Part shown: in pieces, positions 27,376 to 38,872 of the stretch
How positions within the stretch are numbered: the stretch's first letter is position 1
Layout of the letters: every line of letters starts with the position of its first letter
Assembly (NCBI GenBank): GCA_963823665.1
Contig: CAWGMQ010000006.1
Coordinates: forward strand, 960,001-1,024,000
Direction of reading: 5' to 3'
Origin: an uncultured Planctomycetota bacterium
GTDB lineage: Bacteria > Planctomycetota > Planctomycetia > Isosphaerales > Isosphaeraceae
Length of the DNA: 64,000 bases
The notes under the pieces: model-generated
The model's database searches: none
The model's input: the letters and a program-made list of their open reading frames with translations, nothing else
What the model was told of the DNA's origin: nothing
Translations under genes and position numbers: made by a program

Positions 27376-30131
27376 TCAACCCCACGTCCAGATCCACTCC
27401 CCGGAATTCGCGGGCAGTTCCATGCTGAACCGCACCTGTCCGTTGCGCGGGTCGAACGACGGCTCCAGACAATCGCCCGGGGCCGAGCTCTCCCACGGCC
27501 CTAGCTCCGAAAGGCCCGGGCACGTGAGCCGGACGTCGAGCGCCGTGGCGTGCTTGAGATTCGACTTGAGGTGAAGACGATAGAGCCTTGTCCCGATCGG
27601 CCGCTCGAGGAGATACCACACGTCTCCACACCCGAGCGACTGCTTGATCCCGGTTTGGGTCCACTGGCCGATCAAGGCCGGCCGCAACGACAGTCGACCG
27701 TCGACCGCGTCATAATCCAGGCCGGCCAGGTCGAGCATCGTGTCGATCAGCTTGGCGTGCAGGTTGGAAGCGGTCCCGCCCGGGTCGGTCGTCTGCCTGC
27801 CCGAATCCAGCCCGCGGGCGAATGATCTCAGTGATAGTCCGAGGTGGGAAATGCGGCTGACGATTCCGTCAAAAAGTGCCAGCGCTCTGGTCCAGTGCCG
27901 TGCCTGCCCGGTTTCGCGGCCCACCTCGGTCAGGAACCTCGCCATCCAGAAAGTTGCCTGGCTGGAAACGTCGTGGGAATCGGTCCCCGCGCCGCTTGAA
28001 TGAGCGCCGGACGGCTCGTAGATCGACTGCGAGAGCACATTGGGATCGCCCTTGTGCGCCTCGTGCTGCGCGCAGGATCGCCTCGGCCGTCCGCAGCAAC
28101 CGCTGGTCCGAGGCCGGCAGCAGCCCAAACGGAACCGCCAGCGAAAGCGCGGTGATGTCAAGCGTGGCCGGATGCTCGACCAGCAAATCCGGGTTGTCGG
28201 TCCACAGCCCCCGCAGCTTGGACACTCTTCGAGCGGACAGGAATCGGCCGGTCTCCGGGTCCGTCAGACCTGGACTTTTGTCCCGGCTCGTGGCAATCGT
28301 CGGCAGGATCCCTTCGTTCCAGATCCGGTCGGCGCAGGCGTTCCACCGCGCTTTCAATTCCTCGTGGCCCAGCTTCTCTGCCAACCTGGCGGCGGCCCGC
28401 AGGCCGGCGACTACGCAGGCATTCGAATACAAGAAAGCGCCGAAATGCTGGTCGCGGCTGCCGGCTGAGCTGATCAGGTGCAGGTCTTCGAGCAGCGTGA
28501 GACCCGGATGGCCCCCCGAATCACCGCAGCACACCTTGCACGCCTGCTCGATCATCGGCCAGACCGAACTGACAAATTCCAGGTCGCCCGTCTGCCGGAA
28601 GTGCCTCTCCAGTCCCCACGGTATCGAGCGCCGTCTGGTCGACAGCCGGCGTCTCCCATTCGGGCACGCCGTCGATCGAGTATTTTTGAAACCAGTACAG
28701 GAACGGCAAGTGTTTCGAGCGCACTTTGTTGAGCCACTGGTAAACACCCCGGCCGATCTCGTGGTGGCCCAGGCGATCGAGCGCGCCGCCCACCCAGATC
28801 GCGTCTCTCGGCCAGCAATAGGCACTTAACCCGCGGTCGAAGCCCGAGGCGACCGCCCCGGTCTCCGAGTCCGCGTGCATCGCCGCCGCCAGCGCCGAGC
28901 GGCGCAGATGAACGCCGTACGCCGGCCTGGGAAACAGCAAGTCCGGAATCGGTTCGATGAAGTCGTCCCAGACCCGGCCGCTCGTGTATTCGACCTTGTC
29001 GAGGTCCGCCCCGCGGAACCACGACAGTGCCGGTTTCAGCCAGTGCTCGAACGTGCCGCGGTCTCCGCTCCATCCCGTGAACGCGCCGCTCACCAGCATG
29101 TCGATGTTCACTTCGCCGCGGGCCGGTAAGACCACCGGGCGGAACAAGATCGCTTCATTCGGCCCGGTCGGCTCGCATTCCACCGCTCCCCGATCGTCGA
29201 GTGCCAGCGCAAACTCGATCGTCGCGTCCCGAGCGAGCTTCTTGTTGGCATGCGGATGCCCCCGGTTGATGGCCCGGATCGCCCGGTCGCTGTCATGCCA
29301 GCTAAACCCCACGTCGCCGACCCCGCCGTTGACTTCGGCATGCACGTAAACAGCGAACACCGCCCGGCACGCCTCGGTCCCCTCATTCTTGATCGAGAAT
29401 CGCTTGATGTACTGCCCCGGAGAAGTCTCGTGCCCGGCATTGGTTGGCAGGCAATCTCCGATCACCGCGATATCGGTGATCATCACGTTGATCGGCCCGC
29501 GCCGCCAGGAGAGCTTGGTCGTCAGCAGGTTCGTGACGCCCAGGTACTGCTGATACGGCACCCACGCGGCCTGCTCCGTGAACCAGTCCAGCCGCCGCCC
29601 GACCGACAGCCCTCCCACGATCGCACGGAAATGACAGCGGCTGTGCGAAAGGTCGCCCTCCTTCGGCCGAACCGACGAGCGCAGGCCGACCGTGGGAAAA
29701 TAAAGATCGTACGTCGAGCCCCTCGGGTCGACGCGAACCGTCATCAGCCGGTTCCCCACCAGCGCCTCGGCGCCCGAGATCAGGGCCTCGGATCCCCCCG
29801 TCATATCCGGAAGGTTAGGCCGCACGATCGTGTCCTGATACGGGCTTTGTGCCGTATCCCCGTCTGCCGAGTCAACAATCGCGCGATAGTGCATCCGCAC
29901 ACCCACCCCCTGCGGAGGTATGGGCGCCGTCCAGAGGCTGTTCCCCCCCTTGTTCTCGATCCAGTATGCCGGTAGCACGCCCAGGAAGAGATCGTCGGCC
30001 GATAGCTCGACGCGCACCCGCTGATTGTCCTGGATGGGATGCGTGCCGATCACTGCCGTTGACCACATCCCAGCCCGAACCGGGCCGCCGAGCCGGCCTT
30101 TCGCCGCCGTTTCAATCCAGGTAGCCAGCAT
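27376..30131 (-). CDS. Glycoside hydrolase family 15-like (glucoamylase-type) protein; indels near 28635 and 28065
   Basis: GAVASG...AYCWPRDA, DQTA..PWGLERHF, FLYSNACVVAGLRAAA, LAVPFGLL, ATFWMARF across three overlapping ORFs. Confidence 0.8.
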
Positions 30132-30328
30132 CGCCTTGGGGATCTCGCCCGCCGGTGTCGCGCGCTCGGAGGGATGCGAACTTTATCCCATTCGAATCAG
30201 AATGCGCAAGCTCCAGCTTCTCCGCCCGATTCTGGTGTATGGAAATGTGTGCGCCAAGAGGAGGGCGGGCGGCCAGCCACCAGTTTCAAGTACATCACGC
30301 CTTCAGCCTGACGTTCGAGCTATCGATT

Positions 30329-30526
30329 TTAATGTGCCAGCACGGGCTCGCCCGACCGCGGCTTCGAGGCCACACGCTGCGGCGCGATCTCTTCCCGAAA
30401 AACAGGAATGTCGCCGGGAGCCTCGATACCGATGCGAATTTGATTGCGGTCGATTTTCACCACCGTGATCCGGATGTTCTCTCCGATCACGATCTTTTCA
30501 CCCAGCTTCCTGCTCAGAACCAGCAT
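30329..30526 (-). CDS. csrA: Carbon storage regulator CsrA/RsmA
   Basis: [25 protein letters not shown]...[18 protein letters not shown]. Confidence 0.97.
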   Translation of the reverse strand: MLVLSRKLGEKIVIGENIRITVVKIDRNQIRIGIEAPGDIPVFREEIAPQRVASKPRSGEPVLAH

Positions 30527-31072
30527 GACTATCTCCCGGTTGACTTGCCGACGGAAACTCAGGAACTCTCATTCCCAATCAATGCTCACTACGTTGCTCC
30601 TTAGATTTAGCATTTTTCGCGCCACGACAGCCGATTGCGCTCATTGTTGCGACCGAACTGTTTTACCAATATCCACTTAAGTGCGGAAAACGATTGAGTT
30701 TCTCGTTCCGTTTGGTGTACAAAAGGTGGCACCGGCGTCGCCCCTTATTTCATCGGATTGTAAAAATGGGAAGCAAAGATCGCCAAATCATCGATCGAAA
30801 TCACGGTTGTTCGTCCAACGTCGGTTCTCAAACGATACTCCAGCCCTCAAGGGAACTGATTTGTGCGGGGCCAGGCACCGCTGGCCGTGCGGCACACGCT
30901 ACTTTCCTTCCCAAACGCCAATACGATGCGCACCCATACCTGCCTGCATCAACAACGTGTTGGCATCCGTCTTGCAGCATTCATTCACACTCGAATGGTG
31001 CTAGCGTGCAGGATCGACTTTTGATAGCGTGGATGCACGCATGTTCGCGGACCACAAGCAGAGGAGCCACCT

Positions 31073-33073
31073 ATGTTGAAGCATCGGAATGCGCGTATGC
31101 CAGTGAAAACGGCCCGTGAAAACCCGCGACACGCTACGAGTTGCAAGCGCCGTTTTGTGCCGGGCGTGGGTGAGCTTGAGAGCCGTGAGCTACTCAGCAA
31201 CATCGCTGTACTGAGCACGGCCGACAGCGGCTCCGGTACTCTGCGGGCAGCGATCGCTGCCGCCGCACCGGGCGACGTGATCACGTTCGCCAGGAGCCTT
31301 CGCGGACAGACCATCGCGCTGGCCAGTCCCCTCGATGTCGGCACCAGCCTGACAATCCGCGGATTCGCCGGCGGGCCAGTGCTCAGCGGCGGCGGCGCGA
31401 CCGAGATCTTCGCGATTTCGCCAGGCGTCTCTGTGAATCTGACGACGCTCAAGCTGAATAGCGGCAGCGCCGCCAAGGGTGGAGCGATTGATAACTCCGG
31501 CTCGCTCACCATCAAGTCGTGCGTCCTCGAAAACAACAACGCAGTCGGAAACGCCAGGACCGCCGGCTCAGGCGGTGCCATCTACAATGAAAGCGGCGCG
31601 CGCCTGACGATATTGAGCAGCAAGCTCAGCGGCAACAATGCGATCGATAACGTTGTCTCCGGGAGCACGGCCTCCGGCGGCGCGATTGAGAGTGCGCCCG
31701 GCAGCTCTTCGACAATCCGCAGCACGATATTCTCGTTCAATCAGGCGATATCCGGCCAGGCGCCGAACGGGAGTGCCTTCGGAGGTGCGATCGACTTGAC
31801 GAGCGCAGTGTTCTCGATCGCGACCAGCCAGTTCAGGGGCAACGTCGCGATTGGGTACAGCATGGGTCAAAGCGGCGCGATCAACAATCGCCAGGGAACG
31901 ATCACGATCACGAGTTCGATCTTCGCGAGCAACAAGGCCACGGCCGTTGGGCCCGGTGGCTCTGCCGCGTCGGGCGCGATCACCAACGTCGGGACGTCGT
32001 CGGCCTCGACCACGATGACGATTCGGACCACCTCGTTCCTTCGCAATCAGGCGATCGCGGCCGCCGGCGGTGACGGCACGACCACCATGAGTGGCGCCTT
32101 CGGCGGTGCGATGGGAACCTCGGGAACGGGCGTGGTTGTGAATGTGAGCACCAGCAATTTCGTCGGCAACCAGGCGATCGCCGCGATGCCAAGCGCGACT
32201 TCCACCGGCAACGTCCTGGCCGGAATCGCCGTCGGCGGCGCGATTGAAAATGACACGGGCGCTATATTCAACGTGCGCAGCAGCGCCATCACGGGGAATC
32301 GCGCCGTGGGCGGCTCGAGCGGTGCAAATGCATCCGGTGGCGCAGCGTTCGGCGGCGGCATCGGCGATTTCATGAGCACCGCGATCCTGAACGTGACAAA
32401 TTCGACCGTGGCGGGCAACTCGGCCTCGGGCGGCGGCGGTATGTTTGGTGTCGGCTCAGGCGCGGGAATCGCGGTCTTCCAGAACGGCCGTGCCACGATC
32501 AGCGGCGTGGTGTTATCCGGCAATCGCGCTTCCGGCGCCGCGAGCGCCGACGGCAGCGCCGGCAGCACCGGCGCCGGCGGTGCCTTGCTCGTCGGCCTCG
32601 ACTTCGGCTCGGGCACACCGGGCTTCACCTTCCCCGACGGCTCGTCGGTCACCGTCTCGCGCAGCTCGATCACGGGCAACGGCGCCTCGGGCGGCTCCGG
32701 CTCCACGGCCGGCGATGCAGATGGCGGCGGCATCGATCTGGCGTCAGGCACCCTTTCGGTGCAATCGACCGTCCTGGCCGGCAACAGCGCACGCGGCGGC
32801 ACCGGCTCTTCAGGCGGTCAATCGGGCAACGGCTCGGGAGGTGGCGCCTTCGCCGACAACGGCACGACACTCCAATTCACTCGCTCGACAATCGTCGGCA
32901 ATTTCGCCGCCGGCGGCCCGGTCTTCATGGGCGCACTCGCCGGCACAGGAATCGGCGGCGGTCTCTACATCGAACCAGCCGCATCGGTCACGCTAGACAC
33001 AGCGACCCTGGTCATCGGCAACTCCGCAACAACATCGTCCAGTCAAATCTTCGGCCCCTACACGCGAACCTGA
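31073..33073 (+). CDS. Secreted Gly-rich right-handed beta-helix (Pmp-like repeat) protein
   Basis: Planctomycete LEPR-XLL-like ELESRELLS; DSGSGTLRAAI; repeated GGAI..., F..N.A motifs. Confidence 0.85.
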   Translation: MLKHRNARMPVKTARENPRHATSCKRRFVPGVGELESRELLSNIAVLSTADSGSGTLRAAIAAAAPGDVITFARSLRGQTIALASPLDVGTSLTIRGFAGGPVLSGGGATEIFAISPGVSVNLTTLKLNSGSAAKGGAIDNSGSLTIKSCVLENNNAVGNARTAGSGGAIYNESGARLTILSSKLSGNNAIDNVVSGSTASGGAIESAPGSSSTIRSTIFSFNQAISGQAPNGSAFGGAIDLTSAVFSIATSQFRGNVAIGYSMGQSGAINNRQGTITITSSIFASNKATAVGPGGSAASGAITNVGTSSASTTMTIRTTSFLRNQAIAAAGGDGTTTMSGAFGGAMGTSGTGVVVNVSTSNFVGNQAIAAMPSATSTGNVLAGIAVGGAIENDTGAIFNVRSSAITGNRAVGGSSGANASGGAAFGGGIGDFMSTAILNVTNSTVAGNSASGGGGMFGVGSGAGIAVFQNGRATISGVVLSGNRASGAASADGSAGSTGAGGALLVGLDFGSGTPGFTFPDGSSVTVSRSSITGNGASGGSGSTAGDADGGGIDLASGTLSVQSTVLAGNSARGGTGSSGGQSGNGSGGGAFADNGTTLQFTRSTIVGNFAAGGPVFMGALAGTGIGGGLYIEPAASVTLDTATLVIGNSATTSSSQIFGPYTRT

Positions 33074-33081
33074 CCCCTGTC

Positions 33082-33106
33082 GTAGGGTCCGCCGTTGCGG
33101 ACCATC
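33082..33106 (+). repeat. GTAG-type REP-like palindrome
   Basis: GTAG-GGTCCGC-CGTT-GCGGACC-ATC; copy at 35570. Confidence 0.75.
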
Positions 33107-33251
33107 CTAGCGGCCGGCACCCCGGTGAGCATCTCCTCCAGTCAGATCATCGGGTCTTACCAGCGGAGTTGAATCGACTAGGCCGAGTCTGGAATCTCGG
33201 TATAATGCACATGAATCAACGACGTCGCCACACTCGAAGGCTCTGGATTTT

Positions 33252-33560
33252 GTGCCTGCGAAGTTCACGATCGGATTCAGCGAGTCGGTTGTTCAAGATT
33301 TTGCCGAACTGCGTGCGTTCGATCGAACGAGTATACTGGACGAAATCGACAAGCAGCTTACGTATGAACCAGCGAAACAGACTCGTAACAAGAAGATTCT
33401 CGTCGGGCTGGTTCCTCCGTGGGAGCACGCTGGACCTGTCTGGGAGCTCCGAGTCGGGGAATTTAGAGTCTTTTACGAAGTAGCTGACGACGCACCGCAA
33501 GTGTCCGTGCGAGCGATCCGGTGCAAGCCGCCCCATAAAACGATCGAGGAAATCCTGTGA
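33252..33560 (+). CDS. Type II TA toxin, RelE/ParE family
   Basis: QLTYEPAKQTRNKK...WELRVGEFRVFYEV; TATAAT at 33201. Confidence 0.88.
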   Translation: MPAKFTIGFSESVVQDFAELRAFDRTSILDEIDKQLTYEPAKQTRNKKILVGLVPPWEHAGPVWELRVGEFRVFYEVADDAPQVSVRAIRCKPPHKTIEEIL

Positions 33561-33799
33561 AAACCGTCCCAGTGGAATCTACAACGCTCGACATGTGCGT
33601 CGCCGAGGCGCAGCACCAGGGCGTGATTCTCACGCGGGATGGCCAGCCTGTCGCACTGGTCGTTCCTATCGACGGAATGGATGAGGAGCAGATTCGCCTC
33701 TGCAGCAGCCCGGAGTTTTGGAAGCTGATGGAAGACCGTCGGCGTGAAAGCACGATCAGTCGGGCCGAACTCGAGCGGCGCCTCTGCCACGCTCCGTGA
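33557..33799 (+). CDS. Type II TA antitoxin, Phd/YefM-like
   Basis: AQHQGVILTRDGQPVALVVPI; GTGA overlap with toxin stop. Confidence 0.8.
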   Translation: MKTVPVESTTLDMCVAEAQHQGVILTRDGQPVALVVPIDGMDEEQIRLCSSPEFWKLMEDRRRESTISRAELERRLCHAP

Positions 33800-33898
33800 C
33801 GTGCGGGTCGCCGGTGCGGCAGAAGAATGAGCAAGCAAGTCGGGCGATGGCACCGACGGGCGGGAGTTTTCAATCTTGCGATCGAGCTACGACGCCGA

Positions 33899-34219
33899 TC
33901 ATCGCTCCTCCGCCCGCGTCGCCCCGCGATTCCCCGAGTAAAACCCGAACCGCCCCTTGATGCTCTCGTGCCCGGTCTTGACCTCCGGATACACCCACGC
34001 CACGTCCTTGACAACGCGTCCGTCCGGACCGGCAAAATCCACCCAGTTGCAAGTGCCTTTCATCGGGCACGTATAAGTGCGCTCGGTGATCCGCAATACC
34101 GCGGACTTGACCGCCGCCGGATCAAAATACCAGTTCCCTTCATACTTGACCAGTTCGGGCCCGACCTCCGCCTCAGCGAGCGTTGCTCCCGAGCCGGTCT
34201 CTGAAATGGTGATCCCCAT
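33899..34219 (-). CDS. DUF427-like protein
   Basis: EGNWYF, YTCPMKGTCNW, DVAWVYPE, IKGRFGFY. Confidence 0.85.
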   Translation of the reverse strand: MGITISETGSGATLAEAEVGPELVKYEGNWYFDPAAVKSAVLRITERTYTCPMKGTCNWVDFAGPDGRVVKDVAWVYPEVKTGHESIKGRFGFYSGNRGATRAEER

Positions 34220-34243
34220 GGCAATTCTCTCCACTTGTCATGA

Positions 34244-35432
34244 TCAAGGCGCTTTGGAGCCCTCGGTGTTAGCCTCTTTGAGCACGTCGTCGATCGCGCG
34301 ATCGAGCGCTGCATCGTGAACGTCCTTCGCGCGAATGATCCCAGCTTGGTCGAGGACAAGCACGAGTGGGATCGCCTGGATCCCGTAGCGGCCCTTGATC
34401 CGATCATCGTGTCCCGCGCCAGTTCCGCCACTTGATATGGTGCTCGGCGATCGCGTCCCTCATCAACTTCTCATTATGGTCGATGTTGACACCGAGTAGG
34501 ACAAACGGCTTGCCGCGCAGCCGCTCCAGGATCGCCAGTTCGTGTTTGGCCTGCTCGAGGCATGGCGGGCACCAGGAAGCCCAGAACACCAGGAGCACCA
34601 CCTTGCCGCGATAATCGCTCAGCTTGAACAGCTTGCCATCCGTGTCCTCACCGTCGATCTCCGGCGCAGGCTTCCCCGGCGCTAACACGCGCAAGCGGTC
34701 CAGCCGCCTCTGCGCGAACTCGCCGATCGTTTGGCTCGCGCGCGGGGAGAGTTTGACATCGCCAAATTCGCTGAGCGCCTGAGCATACAGGGATTCACTC
34801 TCCCCCAGGAGCGCGATCGAATCGGCGGTCAAGATCCGGTCGAGATGATCCTTCTTGTAATAGAGCTCGAGGAGTTGCGCTTTTTCCGGGCTTTCGTTCC
34901 GATGCATGAGGATCGCAGCATACCCTTCGAGCAGGTTGGCGAGGACCAGTAAAGCTGGCCCTCTCGCCCTGCGGTCCGTGTTCTTCGCGATGACTTCGCG
35001 GAGCAGATTCTCCGCATTCGGCGCCATGGACGAGCCGATCGGGAACATGACCTCAGCCATCCGCGGGCTAGTTGTCCAATCGCGGCGGAGCTGATCGACC
35101 GCCGCATTGGCAGACTCACCGCGGCCGGAAAGGATCGTTCGATGGAGCGCGTCGAAAGCGGTCGGGCTCTTTGGATCTTCCTGCGCCAGTGCAAGAAACC
35201 GCTGCGCATAAACCACGGGGTCCGGCCGCAGCGCTTTGGCGGCCTTTTCAAGCTCCTCCCTGTTCTTCGCGCTGATTCTCGCCCGGTGCCATTCCGCGAA
35301 CTTCGAGTCGTATTCCTTCGCAAGCTCGTTGAGCCTTGCTTCGATCGATTTGGAAGCACCGGCCGTCGACTGCTCGATCGGCGGACCATCGGGCAGTACC
35401 AGTAGCGCCACGACCCAGGCGACCAAGATCAT
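34244..35432 (-). CDS. Secreted TlpA/redoxin-domain protein with helical N-terminus (indel near 34415)
   Basis: GKPAPEIDGED...LSDYRGKVVLLVFWASWCPPC; continuation YGIQAIPLVLVLDQAGIIR in next frame to stop at 34244. Confidence 0.88.
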
Positions 35433-35569
35433 CGGATTCTCCCCGGCCGGAAGTCTTTTGCAATGCGGACGCCATCGGCGAACATCGCTTCCGTTTATAC
35501 AAGCTCTAGAGCACCAGGCCAAGGTGCTGGTCCGCACATAGATCGGCACTTCGGGGCATCGCAGTCTTC

Positions 35570-35595
35570 GCAGGGTCCGCCGTTGCGGACCATCC
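35570..35595 (+). repeat. REP-like palindrome, copy of 33082
   Basis: GCAGGGTCCGCCGTTGCGGACCATCC. Confidence 0.75.
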
Positions 35596-35655
35596 CGACC
35601 AGTCTTTGTAGTCCCTCTATGGTGATTCAAGACGCCCCAAGCTGCGAGTTTCTCG

Positions 35656-36372
35656 TTAAGAGACCTCCGCGCGCGCGTCAATCCTGAGCGGGCAGAATCC
35701 AATCGCGTCAGCAGCGACGCAGTAATAGCGCACGCCGCGGCGCAGTCCGTGAACCGCCGCCGACCACTCCCTCTGGCTGTGAAGGTGCCCATAAACGCAG
35801 GCTGTAGCCTTCGCCTCCTCCAGCATTTCCACGCACGGCCCCGGAACGCCGTGCGCATCGAACGGAGGGTAATGCCAAAGAACGTAAAGCGGCGTCTCGG
35901 GGAGAACTCGCAGCCGACGCGCGGCTTCGAGGGCCCGCTGCAACGATTCGAGGCCCAGCTCAAGACCCTTCGACCCCGCTCCCGGCTCGCGTTCGTTCGC
36001 CGCTGGCGCACCGGCCGCCCCGCAAACGACCACTCGCTGGACCGATAGCGCATCGCCATCAACGGCCCGCAACGAATCGCGGAGCATCGGCCGTATGTGC
36101 TCGACCCCGTTCCACCACTGGTCGTGGTTCCCCGGTGAAAGCACCTTGGTTCCCGGCAGCCGATCCAGCCAGACCAGATCGTCTTGGAGGTCGCGGTGGT
36201 TCCGCGCCATCGATATGTCGCCCGGAACGAGCACCAGGTCGCCCGCCCCCACCCGCGCACGCCAGTGCTCCTCGATCCGCGCGGCGTGATCGCGCCATCG
36301 GGCCGCAAACCGCTCGCGCCGATCCGGCCGCGCGAAGGAAAGATGAAGGTCCGAGATTGCCCAAACATTCAT
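35656..36372 (-). CDS. Calcineurin-like metallophosphoesterase
   Basis: SDLH, PGDIS, PGNHD, HYPP, YGHLH. Confidence 0.93.
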   Translation of the reverse strand: MNVWAISDLHLSFARPDRRERFAARWRDHAARIEEHWRARVGAGDLVLVPGDISMARNHRDLQDDLVWLDRLPGTKVLSPGNHDQWWNGVEHIRPMLRDSLRAVDGDALSVQRVVVCGAAGAPAANEREPGAGSKGLELGLESLQRALEAARRLRVLPETPLYVLWHYPPFDAHGVPGPCVEMLEEAKATACVYGHLHSQREWSAAVHGLRRGVRYYCVAADAIGFCPLRIDARAEVS

Positions 36373-36428
36373 CGCAATCTGCCAGTTCCCTGGGCCATTC
36401 ATCCCGTCCGCGCCAGGCGTCCCGGACT

Positions 36429-37097
36429 TTACTGAGGATGGTAAAGCCCCGCCGCCGCGCCCACGAACGGGTTCGATCGTTTTTCGACGCCGATCGTCGT
36501 GGGCGGCCCATGCCCGGGGTAGATCACCGTCGAGTCGGGCAGCGTGAAGAGCTTGGCGTGGATGCCTCGTGCCAGTAGCCCGAAGTCGCCTCCCAGATCG
36601 GTGCGGCCGACCGAGCCCGAGAACAGGACGTCGCCGCCGATCACGAAATGCGGGTCGAATTCGTCACAGAGGAACACGACCGATCCCGGGCTGTGCCCCG
36701 GTATCTCGCGAACCTCAAACTCGAATCCCGCCACTGTGAATCGCTCGCCGTCGGCCAGCACACGGTCCGGCTCGGGGCTCACCAGCGGCTGCCCGAACGG
36801 AGCACTCATGTTGGCTTCGGGGTCCAAGAGCAGGAACGCCTCGTTCTTGCCGATGCACAACGGCGCCTCCGGAAACGCCTCCTTCATGGTGCGGTTGCCC
36901 GCGATGTGGTCGGCGTGCCCGTGTGTGTTCAAGATCGCCGCAAGCCCCAGCCCTTGCCGCGAGAGCCATTGCCGCAGCGACCAGGTGTCGAAGCCGGGAT
37001 CGAACACAATCGCTTCAGCCTGACCGGGCCGCCACAGCAGGTAAGCGTTCTGCGCGAACGGTGCGGATTCAATTGTTTCGATCGTGAATTCCGACAA
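36429..37097 (-). CDS. MBL-fold metallo-hydrolase (glyoxalase II-like)
   Basis: THGHADHIAG, PGHSPG, GDVLF..SVGRTD, YPGHG; TTG start is approximate. Confidence 0.93.
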   Translation of the reverse strand: MSEFTIETIESAPFAQNAYLLWRPGQAEAIVFDPGFDTWSLRQWLSRQGLGLAAILNTHGHADHIAGNRTMKEAFPEAPLCIGKNEAFLLLDPEANMSAPFGQPLVSPEPDRVLADGERFTVAGFEFEVREIPGHSPGSVVFLCDEFDPHFVIGGDVLFSGSVGRTDLGGDFGLLARGIHAKLFTLPDSTVIYPGHGPPTTIGVEKRSNPFVGAAAGLYHPQ

Positions 37098-37396
37098 AGT
37101 CGCTGCACTCCGGAGTTCGCGTCCAGCCTTCCCGATCGTCACCGCCCCGCATGAGAATTCTGGCAAACTTGCGAACAGACTTGAATTCCTGACAACGCCC
37201 GATGGCGAGCACCGCGCTTCGCTCGTCTGGTTATAACAACTCGGCAACCACTGACGCCAGGTTTTCGAAAGTTCCGCGTCCAATTGCGACCGGCTTGTGA
37301 ATTGCGTGGTATACTGATTTCGCTTGATATGCGCTCGATCGTGGCAAGCAGGTGGGGGCGGCTAGTTCTTGCCTGCGCACCGGAAGCGAGAGGTCC

Positions 37397-38395
37397 ATGC
37401 CAGCGCGACCGACGGGAATGAGTCCTGCAAAAAACGATCCGGTCACGGTATGGCACGGGCTCGCCTCGCTGTGCCTGGCGACCGCTCTCACAGCCGCAAG
37501 CGGCGCCGGAGAAGATCGCACCGCCAGCTCATCCACCACCGAAAAATCCGCGCCCGCCTCCAAACCGGCCGGCGCATCGGAAAAGACCGCCGGCGAGAAA
37601 TCCCCGGCCGCCAAGGCCGCTCCCCCCTCGAACCGCCTGGCCGCCGTTGATAGCGAGATCACAAGCCGGGCCGCCAGAAAGCCCGAGAAACCGCCGGCCC
37701 ACGAAACTCCGATCGAGCGTGCCAACCGCCTCGTCGCCGAGTGCCAGGACCGCTACCAGTCCGTGCCCGACTACACCTGCACGTTTCTCAAGCGCGAACG
37801 GATCGCCGGAAAGCTGAGTCCCGCGCACATCATGGCCATGAAGGTGCGCACCAAGCCCCAGAGCATTTACTTGAAATTCCAGCAGCCCGCCCGCGGCCGC
37901 GAGGCAATCTACATCGCCGGCCGTCACGGTGGTAAGGTCCTCGCCCACGACGTCGGGTTCAACAAGCTGCTCGCCGGAACGCTCGCACTCGAGCCCACCT
38001 CCTCGCGGGCCATGACCGAATGCCGGCACCCCATTACCGAAGCCGGCATCGGCCCCCTGCTCGACACCATCTCCAAGCGCTGGGCGCTCGAGCTCAACCC
38101 CAGCGAAACCGTCGTCAACTTCGCGAACATGCTCGTCGGTGAGCAGCACTGCCTCATGATCGAGTCCACCCACCCAGAAAAGCGCCCAGACTTCATGTTC
38201 TATAGGGTGCGTCTGTACATCGACAAGGAACTCGGCTTGCCCATTCGCTTCGAAGCCTACGACTGGCCCAAGCGCCGAGGCACCGAGCCCGATCTCGCCG
38301 AGGAATACACCTACAGCGACTTGAAGCTCAACGTCGGTCTCTCCGATCTCGACTTCGACGTCGCCAACGCCGCCTATTCGTTCGGCCGCTTCTGA
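37397..38395 (+). CDS. DUF1571-like secreted protein
   Basis: DYTCTFLKRERI, KVRTKPQSIYLKF, GREAIY, RHPITEAGIG, EEYTYSDLKLN. Confidence 0.8.
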   Translation: MPARPTGMSPAKNDPVTVWHGLASLCLATALTAASGAGEDRTASSSTTEKSAPASKPAGASEKTAGEKSPAAKAAPPSNRLAAVDSEITSRAARKPEKPPAHETPIERANRLVAECQDRYQSVPDYTCTFLKRERIAGKLSPAHIMAMKVRTKPQSIYLKFQQPARGREAIYIAGRHGGKVLAHDVGFNKLLAGTLALEPTSSRAMTECRHPITEAGIGPLLDTISKRWALELNPSETVVNFANMLVGEQHCLMIESTHPEKRPDFMFYRVRLYIDKELGLPIRFEAYDWPKRRGTEPDLAEEYTYSDLKLNVGLSDLDFDVANAAYSFGRF

Positions 38396-38872
38396 ATTCC
38401 GTGCTGAGTTTAAAAAAGCTCAGCAGGTCCAAAAGCTGCCGCCCACGCGAGTTGTGATGGTTTGGGCGGTCTGGCCGGGTCGTTTTCGCTCGTTTCGTCC
38501 TGCCCAATCCTCACGAACACTTGTGAAGAAGTCCGATATTACGGTAGCCAAGCGACTCACGTGGAGAATGTGAAGCGCCTGATCACGGAGAGAGACAGGG
38601 TGAGAACCAGGTACGTCGAGGCACGTGCCGCCCGGACGTTGCGCCGATCCGCCAACGGATCTTGGCAGGGAAGCGGTAACTCGCTAGAATCCCGCCGCCT
38701 CGATGCCCGAGAGCACGATCGCAATGCTCAAAACCTTCTCACGTCTCGTCCCGGAGCTAGCTTCTCCACGACGCCGCCTCCGCCGAACTTATTGGCTTAA
38801 TATTGCATAGTGGCCGTTCCAAGGCGGGAAACGGTCGTGGTTCGTTTGTTCTGTTCCATGGAAGGAGGCGCG

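Noticed and set aside
34404..36368. 654-aa ORF suggesting a phosphoesterase-redoxin fusion
   Set aside because: The 5' half is an off-frame read of the metallophosphoesterase plus a REP-containing gap; the redoxin gene starts near 35432.
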